Positions 35,520 through 43,879 of a DNA stretch of 64,000 nt are shown here, piece by piece (positions within the stretch are counted from its first letter, which is position 1; each line of letters begins with the position of its first letter). The notes beneath the pieces are model-generated. The model was not told the origin of the DNA. It saw nothing but the letters and a program-made list of their open reading frames with translations, and ran no database searches. The DNA comes from Flavobacteriales bacterium (lineage in GTDB: Bacteria; Bacteroidota; Bacteroidia; JANQJC01): the NCBI GenBank assembly GCA_028281825.1, contig JANQJC010000078.1, positions 1,602-65,601 of the forward strand, read 5' to 3'. The position numbers were made by a program, and so were the translations under genes.

Positions 35520-36269
35520 ATGGCAGGACACAGTAAATGGGCCAACATTAAGCACAGGAAAGGCAGGCAGGATGCCAAGAAAGCCAAGATATTTGCACGG
35601 ATAATTAAAGAACTTACCATAGCTGCGCGAGACGGTGGTGACGACCCAACAGGCAACCCAGCCCTGAGGTTGGCGATACAAAAAGCAAAGGCGGCTAACC
35701 TTGCTAAGGATACCATGGAGCGTGCCATCAACAAGGGTGCTGGTGGTGAAGGTGCAGAGTTGCAAGAGGTGACTTATGAAGGTTATGGGCCTAATGGAAT
35801 TGCTGTTTTCGTGGAATGTACCACAGACAATATCAACCGCACGGTGGCTAATGTGCGAGCGGCTTTCACCAAGTATAATGGCAACCTGGGGACTAACGGT
35901 TCACTAAGCTTTTTGTTTGACAGAAAAGGAGTGTTTGTATTTCCATTGGGAGAGTGGGATGAAGAGGAATTGATGCTGGAATTGATAGATGCTGGTGCTG
36001 AGGAAATGGAAACGAATGAAGGACTATTTACCCTGTACACTTCTTTTGAGGATTTCGGCAAGATGCAGAAGAAGCTGGAAGACCTTGAGATTGAAGTGGA
36101 GAATGCAGAACTACAACGCATACCGCATGATTACACCCAACTAGAGATAGAAGACGCCAAAAAAGTAATGAAACTTATTGAGGCATTGGAGGATGTGGAT
36201 GACTCGCAGGCGGTGTACCACAATATGGAGATGAGTGAGGAGTTACTAGCTGCTTTGGATGAGGAGTAG
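35520..36269 (+). CDS. yebC: YebC/PmpR family DNA-binding regulator
   Basis: MAGHSKWANIKHRK, YEGYGPNG and TDNINRT motifs. Confidence 0.96.
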   Translation: MAGHSKWANIKHRKGRQDAKKAKIFARIIKELTIAARDGGDDPTGNPALRLAIQKAKAANLAKDTMERAINKGAGGEGAELQEVTYEGYGPNGIAVFVECTTDNINRTVANVRAAFTKYNGNLGTNGSLSFLFDRKGVFVFPLGEWDEEELMLELIDAGAEEMETNEGLFTLYTSFEDFGKMQKKLEDLEIEVENAELQRIPHDYTQLEIEDAKKVMKLIEALEDVDDSQAVYHNMEMSEELLAALDEE

Positions 36270-36427
36270 TAAGGAGGTTTTAGGTCAAAGGTCTTGGGTC
36301 TTAGTGATTTAACCATAAAGGGCACTAAGTAGGCATGGATAGCGTGGCAATTTCATCCTGCAATTCAGACCCCGATGGATGTCGGGGGAAGAATCGACAT
36401 TACTATTTTTCACACTTTTCTTTGCCT

Positions 36428-36603
36428 GTACTTTTTGCTTGACGAAAAAGTACACAAAAAGTCAAGGCTGACTAGCCTATCCTTGAAATATATCATAACC
36501 TCAACCACGGATGTATCGAAGCCGTCCACGAAGTGGACTTAGGCGATTCATCCTTAGGCCAACCCTGCTATGAATGTTTGCTACGGATAGCCCAGTAGGC
36601 CAA
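36428..36603 (+). repeat. 176-bp structured dispersed repeat / ncRNA, copy 2
   Basis: Perfect GTACTTTTT/AAAAAGTAC stem; loop CTTGAC is complementary to downstream GTCAAG (pseudoknot); stems GTCCAC/GTGGAC and GGATG/CATCC. Confidence 0.85.
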
Positions 36604-36638
36604 ATTTAATAAGCCCTTTTCTTGAGAGAAGGACTGGT

Positions 36639-37016
36639 TTACGGAGTTTGGCTGTAGTATTTCCTGATTACCACCTTTTGTAGTTCACGGTTGATGATGA
36701 GGTCGGTAAGTTCTTCATCTGGGTTGTCGGCGTTACCCGCGAGAATGGCTCTTACTTTTTTTTCATTTAAGTCAATGCTGTAAAGCAGACTGGATAGCTT
36801 ACTGGGGTTTCGCTCTAGCAGGTGGTTGATAACAGGTTTTACCTGGGTGAATAGTTCTGTATAGGCGGTTTCTTCATTGCCTGAAAACTCTACGTTAAAG
36901 CCATGTAGCCCAAAGTCTTTAATCACTTGTGCAGCGGTGAGGCGAATCAATTCCAGCCGCTTTTTGTAAGGCTCCAAGTTGTTGAAATTGGGGGTGATAT
37001 CGGGCATAGATTTCAA
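36639..37016 (-). CDS. Hypothetical protein
   Basis: 125-aa ORF with plausible helical composition (LLYSIDLNEK). Confidence 0.7.
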   Translation of the reverse strand: MKSMPDITPNFNNLEPYKKRLELIRLTAAQVIKDFGLHGFNVEFSGNEETAYTELFTQVKPVINHLLERNPSKLSSLLYSIDLNEKKVRAILAGNADNPDEELTDLIINRELQKVVIRKYYSQTP

Positions 37017-37017
37017 A

Positions 37018-37047
37018 GGTACTAAGTATTAGGTATTAAGTACTAGG
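37018..37047. repeat. Heptamer tandem repeat (RGTAYTA)x4
   Basis: GGTACTA AGTATTA GGTATTA AGTACTA. Confidence 0.7.
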
Positions 37048-37429
37048 AGCATGCACTTAGCGAGTAGAGTTTTGTCATTCCGAATGAAATGAAGAATCTA
37101 GAGTTTTGTACTTTTTGCTTGACTAAAAAGAGTTTAACATTGAAAGTTAAAAATTTGATTTTCAGCTAATTATGTAAAAAATAGTATAGCATAGTGCTGC
37201 TTATTTCAACAGAGTATTCACGGAAAATAACAGTCAAAAAAATCGAAAAAAGGCCAAAAAATGCGTTTATCGATACCCCCGAGGGACTCACGGAAAATCT
37301 TGGGTGACGTGTAACATCGTCTATTTTTGAAGGTGCTTTTATTAGGTAAGAAAGAAGGTTGAATTTCATTTCAGGAATAATTGTTTATTGTTAAAACTCC
37401 TTATCTTGGCTTCTCATTGTTGAAAGCCC

Positions 37430-38149
37430 ATGCTTGAGCACGTAAGCCTAAAAAACATATTGTTTATTGACATTGAAACTGTCCCCCAAGAAGCTGATTA
37501 TAAATCATTGGAAGACAATAATCGTGAGCTATGGAATGATAAAGCCAGGTGGATAGTAAAAGAAGACCAATCTCCTGAAGATGTTTATCAAAGGGCTGGT
37601 ATTTATGCCGAGTTTGGTAAGATTATATGTATTTCAGCAGGCTTTATCCATTTTAAAGAAGATAAAACACGGGAGTTTCGGCTGCGTTCGTTTTATGGGC
37701 ATGATGAAGTAAAAATACTTGAAGACTTTGCCCAAATGCTTACTCGCTTTTATAACGACTCCAATAAAATGCTTTGCGCCCACAATGGCAAAGAGTTTGA
37801 CTTCCCATACCTATGCAGGCGCATGTTGGTCAATAGTATTAAAATCCCTGACATATTAAACTTAGCTGGAAAGAAACCCTGGGATGTCGGCCATCTCGAT
37901 ACTATGCACTTATGGCGCTTTGGGGATTACAAGCACTTCACCTCCTTAAAACTACTTGCTAATATTCTTAATATCCCAACACCCAAAGAGGATATTGAAG
38001 GCAAAGACATTGCACGTGTATACTGGGAGGAGAAAAACCTGGAACGTATAGTAGACTACTGCCAACAAGATACTCTAGCTGTTGCTCAACTTATGTTGCG
38101 CTACAAAGGTGAAGACCTTTTACAGCCAGAAGATGTTGTAATCACTTAA
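37430..38149 (+). CDS. 3'-5' exonuclease, PolB-exo-like (DEDD)
   Basis: FIDIET, HNGKEFDFP, HLDTM and YCQQD motifs. Confidence 0.9.
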   Translation: MLEHVSLKNILFIDIETVPQEADYKSLEDNNRELWNDKARWIVKEDQSPEDVYQRAGIYAEFGKIICISAGFIHFKEDKTREFRLRSFYGHDEVKILEDFAQMLTRFYNDSNKMLCAHNGKEFDFPYLCRRMLVNSIKIPDILNLAGKKPWDVGHLDTMHLWRFGDYKHFTSLKLLANILNIPTPKEDIEGKDIARVYWEEKNLERIVDYCQQDTLAVAQLMLRYKGEDLLQPEDVVIT

Positions 38150-38164
38150 GTTCTGAAACGAGAA

Positions 38165-39373
38165 TTAAACGCGTTCAAATACAGTAGCAATACCCATTCC
38201 GCCACCTACGCAAAGGGTAACCACGCCAAACTGTTTATCCTGGCGGTGAAGCTCATCTATTAAAGTGCCAGCAAGTATAGCACCCGTAGCGCCCAATGGA
38301 TGGCCCATAGCAATGGCCCCGCCATTCACGTTCACTTTATCTTCAGAAACATTTAGCTCTTCCATAAAGCGGGTAGGTACGGCAGCAAAAGCTTCGTTAA
38401 CTTCAAATAAGTCAATATCACTAACATTCAAGCCGGCTTTTCCCAAGGCTTTTTGTGTAGCAGGGCCAGGACCTACCAACATGATGGTTGGCTCTGTACC
38501 CACAACGCCAAACGAGCGTATCTTCGCCTTTGGTTTCAAGCCTAGCTTTTCGCCCATCTCTTTGCTTCCTATCAATACAGCAGCTGCACCGTCTACGATA
38601 CCAGATGAATTACCAGCATGATGAACGTGATTTATTGCATCTAACTCAGGATAGCGTTGAATAGCCAAGGCATCCATACCCCCCTGCTGTCCCATTATCT
38701 CAAAAGATGGCCTCAGGTTAGCCAGCACATCAGCGGTTGTGTCGGGCCGAATGGTTTCATCTCTATCCAATACAATTGTGCCATTTACATCCTTTACGGG
38801 AATTACAGAACCATTAAACCTATTTTCAGCCCATGCTTTAGCAGCCTTTTGGTGTGAGCGCGTAGCAAATTCATCCAATTGCCTGCGGTTGTAGCCATAT
38901 TTGGTGGCAATCAAATCAGCAGAAATACCTTGCGGCACAATCTTATGCTTCATGATAACCTCTGGGCTGGTAAATAACGCACCACCATCAGAACCCATAG
39001 GCACACGAGACATTGATTCAACACCACCAGCCAATAGCAAATCAACCTGGCCTGACATCACGTAAGCAGCAGCCTGGTTAACGGCTTCAAGCCCTGAAGC
39101 ACAAAATCGGTTAAGCGTTACACCTGAAGTGATATTATCATACCCAGAGTCAATAGCAGCAGTCTTGGCAATATCAGCCCCTTGCTCTCCCACAGGACTC
39201 ACACAACCCATAATAGCATCTTCTACATAGCCAGTACCCAGGTTATTCCTGTCTTTAACAGCCCTGTATACAGTATTCAATAAGTCAAGCGGAGTGATAG
39301 TATATAGTGAACCATCCTTTTTGCCTTTTCCCCTTGGGGTGCGCACTGCGTCGTAGATATATGCTTCTGCCAT
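38165..39373 (-). CDS. Acetyl-CoA C-acyltransferase (thiolase)
   Basis: NRFCASGL, NEAFA, GHPLGATG and LCVGGGMG motifs. Confidence 0.95.
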   Translation of the reverse strand: MAEAYIYDAVRTPRGKGKKDGSLYTITPLDLLNTVYRAVKDRNNLGTGYVEDAIMGCVSPVGEQGADIAKTAAIDSGYDNITSGVTLNRFCASGLEAVNQAAAYVMSGQVDLLLAGGVESMSRVPMGSDGGALFTSPEVIMKHKIVPQGISADLIATKYGYNRRQLDEFATRSHQKAAKAWAENRFNGSVIPVKDVNGTIVLDRDETIRPDTTADVLANLRPSFEIMGQQGGMDALAIQRYPELDAINHVHHAGNSSGIVDGAAAVLIGSKEMGEKLGLKPKAKIRSFGVVGTEPTIMLVGPGPATQKALGKAGLNVSDIDLFEVNEAFAAVPTRFMEELNVSEDKVNVNGGAIAMGHPLGATGAILAGTLIDELHRQDKQFGVVTLCVGGGMGIATVFERV

Positions 39374-39417
39374 GATTGATATGTTTTTATTACAAGAAGA
39401 GCAAATGTAGTTAATTC

Positions 39418-39502
39418 GTACTAGGTATCAGGTACTAAGTATAAGGGCGAATGAAAAATGCCTTTTCGGTATCTTAGTACCTAATACTTGGTACTTAATA
39501 CC
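39418..39502. repeat. Inverted pair of heptamer tandem repeats
   Basis: GTACTAG GTATCAG GTACTAA GTATAAG ... CTTAGTA CCTAATA CTTGGTA CTTAATA. Confidence 0.7.
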
Positions 39503-39505
39503 ATA

Positions 39506-40708
39506 TTAGTATAATAAATTGTCATAAGGATAGCGCCCCACATGTATCTCCTTTACTTTCTCATAAAGCATTTCCCTGAATTCTTCTATGTTGTCTTTAT
39601 TCAATGCCGAAATGAATATAAAGTCGTTACCAAGCTTAGCCATCCAGGTTTTTTTCAACTCTTCTAAACTCATTTGCTTTTCGGTAATTGGCTCTAAATC
39701 CCATTCTTCCCTTTCTTTCGGCTGGTAAGAGTCTATCTTATTGAATACCAAAATAGTTGGCTTATCTCCTGCCCCTATTTCTTCTAATGTCTGGTTCACC
39801 ACATTCATGTGGTCTTCAAAGTCGGGATGAGAAATATCAATTACATGCAGTAGTATATCTGCTTCCCTTACTTCATCTAACGTTGACTTAAATGACTCCA
39901 CCAACTGGTGGGGCAGTTTGCGTATAAACCCCACCGTATCTGACATCAAAAAAGGCAAATTGCCTAGTACCACCTTTCTCACAGTAGTGTCCAACGTGGC
40001 AAACAACTTATTCTCAGCAAACACCTCCGATTTACTAATCAAATTCATAATGGTTGACTTCCCCACGTTGGTGTATCCCACCAAAGCCACCCTCACCAGC
40101 TGCCCCCTACTCTTGCGTTGGGTAGCCATTTGCTTGTCTATTTCTTCAAGTTGCTTCTTGAGCCTGGTAATTTTATTCCTGATGATACGGCGGTCAGTCT
40201 CAATCTCCTTTTCACCCGCACCACCCCTGGTTCCGGTGCCACCCCTTTGTCGCTCCAAGTGAGTCCACATTCGGGTCAGTCGCGGTAACAAGTACTGATA
40301 TCGGGCCAACTCAACCTGTGTTCTTGCATGTGAGGTCCTCGCCCTTTGCTGAAATATCTCCAATATCAACAAACTCCTGTCATAGATGCGCACTTTCATA
40401 GCCCTCTCCAGGTTGCGTAATTGTGAAGGGCTCAAGTCATCATCAAAGATGATATAATCAACCTTATTCTCTTGAACGTACTCTTTAACTTCTTCCAGCT
40501 TACCCTTGCCGATAAAAGTCCCCGGCTCTGGTGTATTCATTTTTTGAGTAAACCGCCTTACAGGCTTCACTCCCGCCGTTTCTGACAAAAAAGCCAATTC
40601 ATCCAGATATTCTTCTACTTCAGCTTCATCTTGCAGTTGGGTAATAATCGCCACTAATACCGCGGTCTCCTGCTTTGGAGCCGTTGTATGTACTTTCTTC
40701 TTCGCCAT
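39506..40708 (-). CDS. hflX: GTPase HflX
   Basis: LILEIFQQRART, GAGEKEIETDRR, VGYTNVGKST, FATLD and DTVGFI motifs. Confidence 0.97.
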   Translation of the reverse strand: MAKKKVHTTAPKQETAVLVAIITQLQDEAEVEEYLDELAFLSETAGVKPVRRFTQKMNTPEPGTFIGKGKLEEVKEYVQENKVDYIIFDDDLSPSQLRNLERAMKVRIYDRSLLILEIFQQRARTSHARTQVELARYQYLLPRLTRMWTHLERQRGGTGTRGGAGEKEIETDRRIIRNKITRLKKQLEEIDKQMATQRKSRGQLVRVALVGYTNVGKSTIMNLISKSEVFAENKLFATLDTTVRKVVLGNLPFLMSDTVGFIRKLPHQLVESFKSTLDEVREADILLHVIDISHPDFEDHMNVVNQTLEEIGAGDKPTILVFNKIDSYQPKEREEWDLEPITEKQMSLEELKKTWMAKLGNDFIFISALNKDNIEEFREMLYEKVKEIHVGRYPYDNLLY

Positions 40709-40729
40709 TAATCTATATAAACGCCTTTT

Positions 40730-41392
40730 TTATTTTTTAGTGAAAGTATTAAGGTAGGTTGCCACTGCCCTCATTTCTTGCTCACTAAGTTGGTCAGCAT
40801 AGGGAGGCATTAGGCTGGTTCCGTTAGCAATAATCATCATGCGTTGCTCCACTTCCAATTCTGACATTTGCAGGTTCAAAGCCCCTTCAGAGCCTAGGTC
40901 TCCATTCTCACCATGGCAGTGTACACAGGCTTTACCGCTTACATTACCAACCCTACCATCATATAGTGCCTTGCCATGCTCCATGATATCGTAATCAGCA
41001 CTTAATGTATCCGTCACGATTGTTTCATCTTTAGCCTTTACAAAGGTTGGGCTTCTGGTTTCTGATATACCATATATGTATAGTAACAACACACCTGCAA
41101 GAAGAATCATTGGTTTTATCTCTTTCTTATAACCAATAATCGACATTGGAATAACCAACGCAACACCTACCAACTTGGCAATAAACCAGGGCTGCATAGA
41201 CTCTAATTGTATCGCCAGGTAAATACCTGTTGCCAAAAACAAAAAGCTAATAACCATCTCAGGCACTTTCATCACTTTCAAGTACTTATCAAAGGCTCCT
41301 CTATTACTGAAATAAAGGATGGTTTTAATAAAATATGAAAGAACAAAAAGCGTGACTAAAAGCACGTGTGAGTGTAGCATTCCTGTTTGCAT
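40730..41392 (-). CDS. SirB2-like 4-TM domain fused to a c-type cytochrome; start refined to ATG 41392
   Basis: Four TM helices beginning LHSH, then CVHCH and a distal MPPY axial Met motif. Confidence 0.75.
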   Translation of the reverse strand: MQTGMLHSHVLLVTLFVLSYFIKTILYFSNRGAFDKYLKVMKVPEMVISFLFLATGIYLAIQLESMQPWFIAKLVGVALVIPMSIIGYKKEIKPMILLAGVLLLYIYGISETRSPTFVKAKDETIVTDTLSADYDIMEHGKALYDGRVGNVSGKACVHCHGENGDLGSEGALNLQMSELEVEQRMMIIANGTSLMPPYADQLSEQEMRAVATYLNTFTKK

Positions 41393-41449
41393 GGGATTAG
41401 GGGATTTTATATACACCGCCAAAGGTATTAAAAGAACAACAACCTTTTG

Positions 41450-42322
41450 CTACGCGATAAACCCTTCTATCTCTTTTGTTACTTCACCAACCCTTTCCTC
41501 CTGAAGGAAGTGCCCACAATCGTATTTCACCACTCTGGCTTCAGGTATTCGCTGCTGCCATTTCTTCAAAAACTCGGGCTTAATAAAAGTATCTTTCATC
41601 CCCCAAAGTATAAGAGTCGGTTTATCCTTCAATTTGTCCATTTGCTCCCACTGCTCTTGATACCAATCTGAAGAACCCAATAGCGCCCGTCCTATTTTCA
41701 ATAAGCCATGCCTACTACCCCTATTTGGAAAGACTTTAATGTAGTGTGCGTGAATAGCCTTTGTCAGCTTGTTTCTGTCATAGAAAGCTTGCTTGAGCAA
41801 TACCTTAGGAGAAAAATTCAAATTAATGTACATAAACCTACCCAACCAACTGTTCAATACCTTATCTGCTTTTCGCACTTCTGAATTGCTTTCCGTTTCC
41901 CAAAGCCAGGTGTTCATAATCACTATGCGCTTTACTTTCTTTGGATTTCTCAAGGCAAAACTCAAACCTATCGGCCCACCAAAGTCATGCACCACAAGAG
42001 TAATATTCTCTAATTGAAGATGATTAACTAATGCCTCTAACCTTCCTGAATGAGCCTTTGGATTACCATTAAATTCTTGTAGTTTATCTGATAAGCCAAA
42101 TCCTATATGGTCAGGAGCGATACACCTGTTTGTTTTTGATAGTGTCTTTATCTGTTCCCTGTATAGAAAAGACCATACTGGTGTACCGTGCACGAATAGT
42201 ATGGGTTCCCCTTCACCTTCATCTACAAAGTGCATATCCCCTGCATTTGTCTTGAAGTAATTAGATTGAAAAGGATAAGTACCCTTGTCAAACCAATTTT
42301 CTTCTTTGAGTTGTGTTTCCAT
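41450..42322 (-). CDS. Alpha/beta hydrolase, haloalkane dehalogenase-like
   Basis: FVHGTP, APDHIGFGLS, VHDFGGP (Asp nucleophile), WGMKD and CGHFLQE motifs. Confidence 0.88.
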   Translation of the reverse strand: METQLKEENWFDKGTYPFQSNYFKTNAGDMHFVDEGEGEPILFVHGTPVWSFLYREQIKTLSKTNRCIAPDHIGFGLSDKLQEFNGNPKAHSGRLEALVNHLQLENITLVVHDFGGPIGLSFALRNPKKVKRIVIMNTWLWETESNSEVRKADKVLNSWLGRFMYINLNFSPKVLLKQAFYDRNKLTKAIHAHYIKVFPNRGSRHGLLKIGRALLGSSDWYQEQWEQMDKLKDKPTLILWGMKDTFIKPEFLKKWQQRIPEARVVKYDCGHFLQEERVGEVTKEIEGFIA

Positions 42323-42387
42323 AGCTTTATGATTTATGCCACAAAGCTAGGGGGGTTGGTCGAGATGATTTTTGGTATAAACCAAGA

Positions 42388-42957
42388 TTACAACTTCACT
42401 TTCCCCATCAACTTACTAAAATTGGTAGCGTCCATCCCTAAGTAGGAAGCCAAGTGTTTGTGTGGCACCATGCCAAATAGGTGGGGGCTGCGCTCCGCAA
42501 AGGCTTTAAAGCGTTCTTCAATGCTATACGCCATTAATTCATAATGCCGATGTATGAAGCCAACTAGCACCAATTCTGTTGCTTTCCGAAAGAGCCGCTC
42601 TATTTCTCGTTCTTCTTCCATCAGTTGCTCCAGGCTGGTGTGGGATAGTCTTAGCATTTTACTATCAGTAATACATTCCAAATAGTATTTAGAAGGCATT
42701 TGCATGATGAAAGACTCTGGTATGCCAGAAAAAGAAGGTGGATAGGTAAAAGCAATTACGTGTTCCTTGTCTTCCTTAATATAATAAGAACGTTGAATCC
42801 CTTCTAACACAAAATACATGTATTTCTCTATTTGACCTTCTCTCGTGAGTATTTCCTTGCGCCTAAAATCCCTCTCATTATAAGCCGAAAGCAACTTATT
42901 CATCACTCTCTCGTCAAGCGGATATATCTGATTTAAAAATGCCCTTAGCTGCTCCAT
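42388..42957 (-). CDS. Crp/Fnr family cNMP-binding domain protein; start refined to ATG 42957
   Basis: cNMP-binding fold (EGQIEKYMYFVLEG); C-terminal PHKHLASYLGM HTH. Confidence 0.87.
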   Translation of the reverse strand: MEQLRAFLNQIYPLDERVMNKLLSAYNERDFRRKEILTREGQIEKYMYFVLEGIQRSYYIKEDKEHVIAFTYPPSFSGIPESFIMQMPSKYYLECITDSKMLRLSHTSLEQLMEEEREIERLFRKATELVLVGFIHRHYELMAYSIEERFKAFAERSPHLFGMVPHKHLASYLGMDATNFSKLMGKVKL

Positions 42958-43024
42958 ACGTTCCGCAATATAATCATTGAGATTAGTACCCAAAATCTTG
43001 CTACCTTGGTAAAAACTTATCGAA

Positions 43025-43336
43025 ATGGAACCCGCCGAAGAACTTTTCTATGAAATAGTGGCCTCAATGCCCAAAGCTAAACTCAGTAAAATGTTTGGAG
43101 CCCTGTGCTTTAAAGCCTCTAACGGTAAAGCTGGAGGTATGTATTGGCAAGGCCATATGGTCTTTAAACTCACTGGCGACTACGAAAAAGAAGCACTGAG
43201 TTTAGATGGGGCTTCGTACTTTGACCCTATGGGCAATCGCCCTATGAAAGGTTGGGTACAGGTGCCTTATCACTATAAAGACAAATGGAAAGGATTTGCA
43301 CAAAAGTCATTAGATTACGTAAAAACCTTAAGGTAA
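43025..43336 (+). CDS. TfoX N-terminal-like small protein
   Basis: KMFGALCF...FDPMGNRPMKGWVQV motifs. Confidence 0.6.
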   Translation: MEPAEELFYEIVASMPKAKLSKMFGALCFKASNGKAGGMYWQGHMVFKLTGDYEKEALSLDGASYFDPMGNRPMKGWVQVPYHYKDKWKGFAQKSLDYVKTLR

Positions 43337-43789
43337 CTAACCCCTCATTTTATCCAATAAGTCGGCTAGTTGAGCCGCCTCTTTTTTGCTAAGTTGAGTT
43401 GCCATTGCGTTCTCACTCTTTGTAATAGCAGGTTGTATTTCATCAAGCAAATCCAGTCCTTTTTTAGTAATAGTAATTTCTACCTTTCGCCTGTTCTTTT
43501 CACATATTTCCCGCTTAACCAACCCTTTCAAACGCAATTTCTCCACCAACCTGGTTGCATTACTCATGGGATGTATCATGCGCTCTTGTATCGAAAAAAG
43601 ATTGGCTGGTTTCCCCTTCTGTCCCCGCAATATTCTTAGCACATTATATTGTTGGTCTGAGAGGCCATAAGGCTTTAAAACTGAGTTTACCTGCTCTAGC
43701 AACCAGATACCACTGTAAATAATATTGAGAGTGGCACGATGGTATTCACTCTCAAACTTCTTCATTTTCAACACGTCTTCTAGCTTCAT
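43337..43789 (-). CDS. MarR family transcriptional regulator
   Basis: QQYNVLRILRG, SNATRLVEKL and RRKVEITIT..G motifs. Confidence 0.92.
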   Translation of the reverse strand: MKLEDVLKMKKFESEYHRATLNIIYSGIWLLEQVNSVLKPYGLSDQQYNVLRILRGQKGKPANLFSIQERMIHPMSNATRLVEKLRLKGLVKREICEKNRRKVEITITKKGLDLLDEIQPAITKSENAMATQLSKKEAAQLADLLDKMRG

Positions 43790-43879
43790 ACAACTACACT
43801 TGCAAATATTGTATCAACAACAAAAATATTTCAATGCTTGCATATATACAAGTCTCTGCTTGCTTTGTTCTGGAATGGC

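Noticed and set aside
31540-37130. CRISPR array or IS element
   Set aside because: The copies are kilobases apart, lack regular spacers, and have no cas or transposase genes or terminal inverted repeats.
37166-37369. 67-aa minus-strand ORF and 11-bp direct repeat TCACGGAAAAT (37218, 37288)
   Set aside because: No recognisable motif, it lies in a repeat-rich intergenic region, and the direct repeat has no supporting structure.
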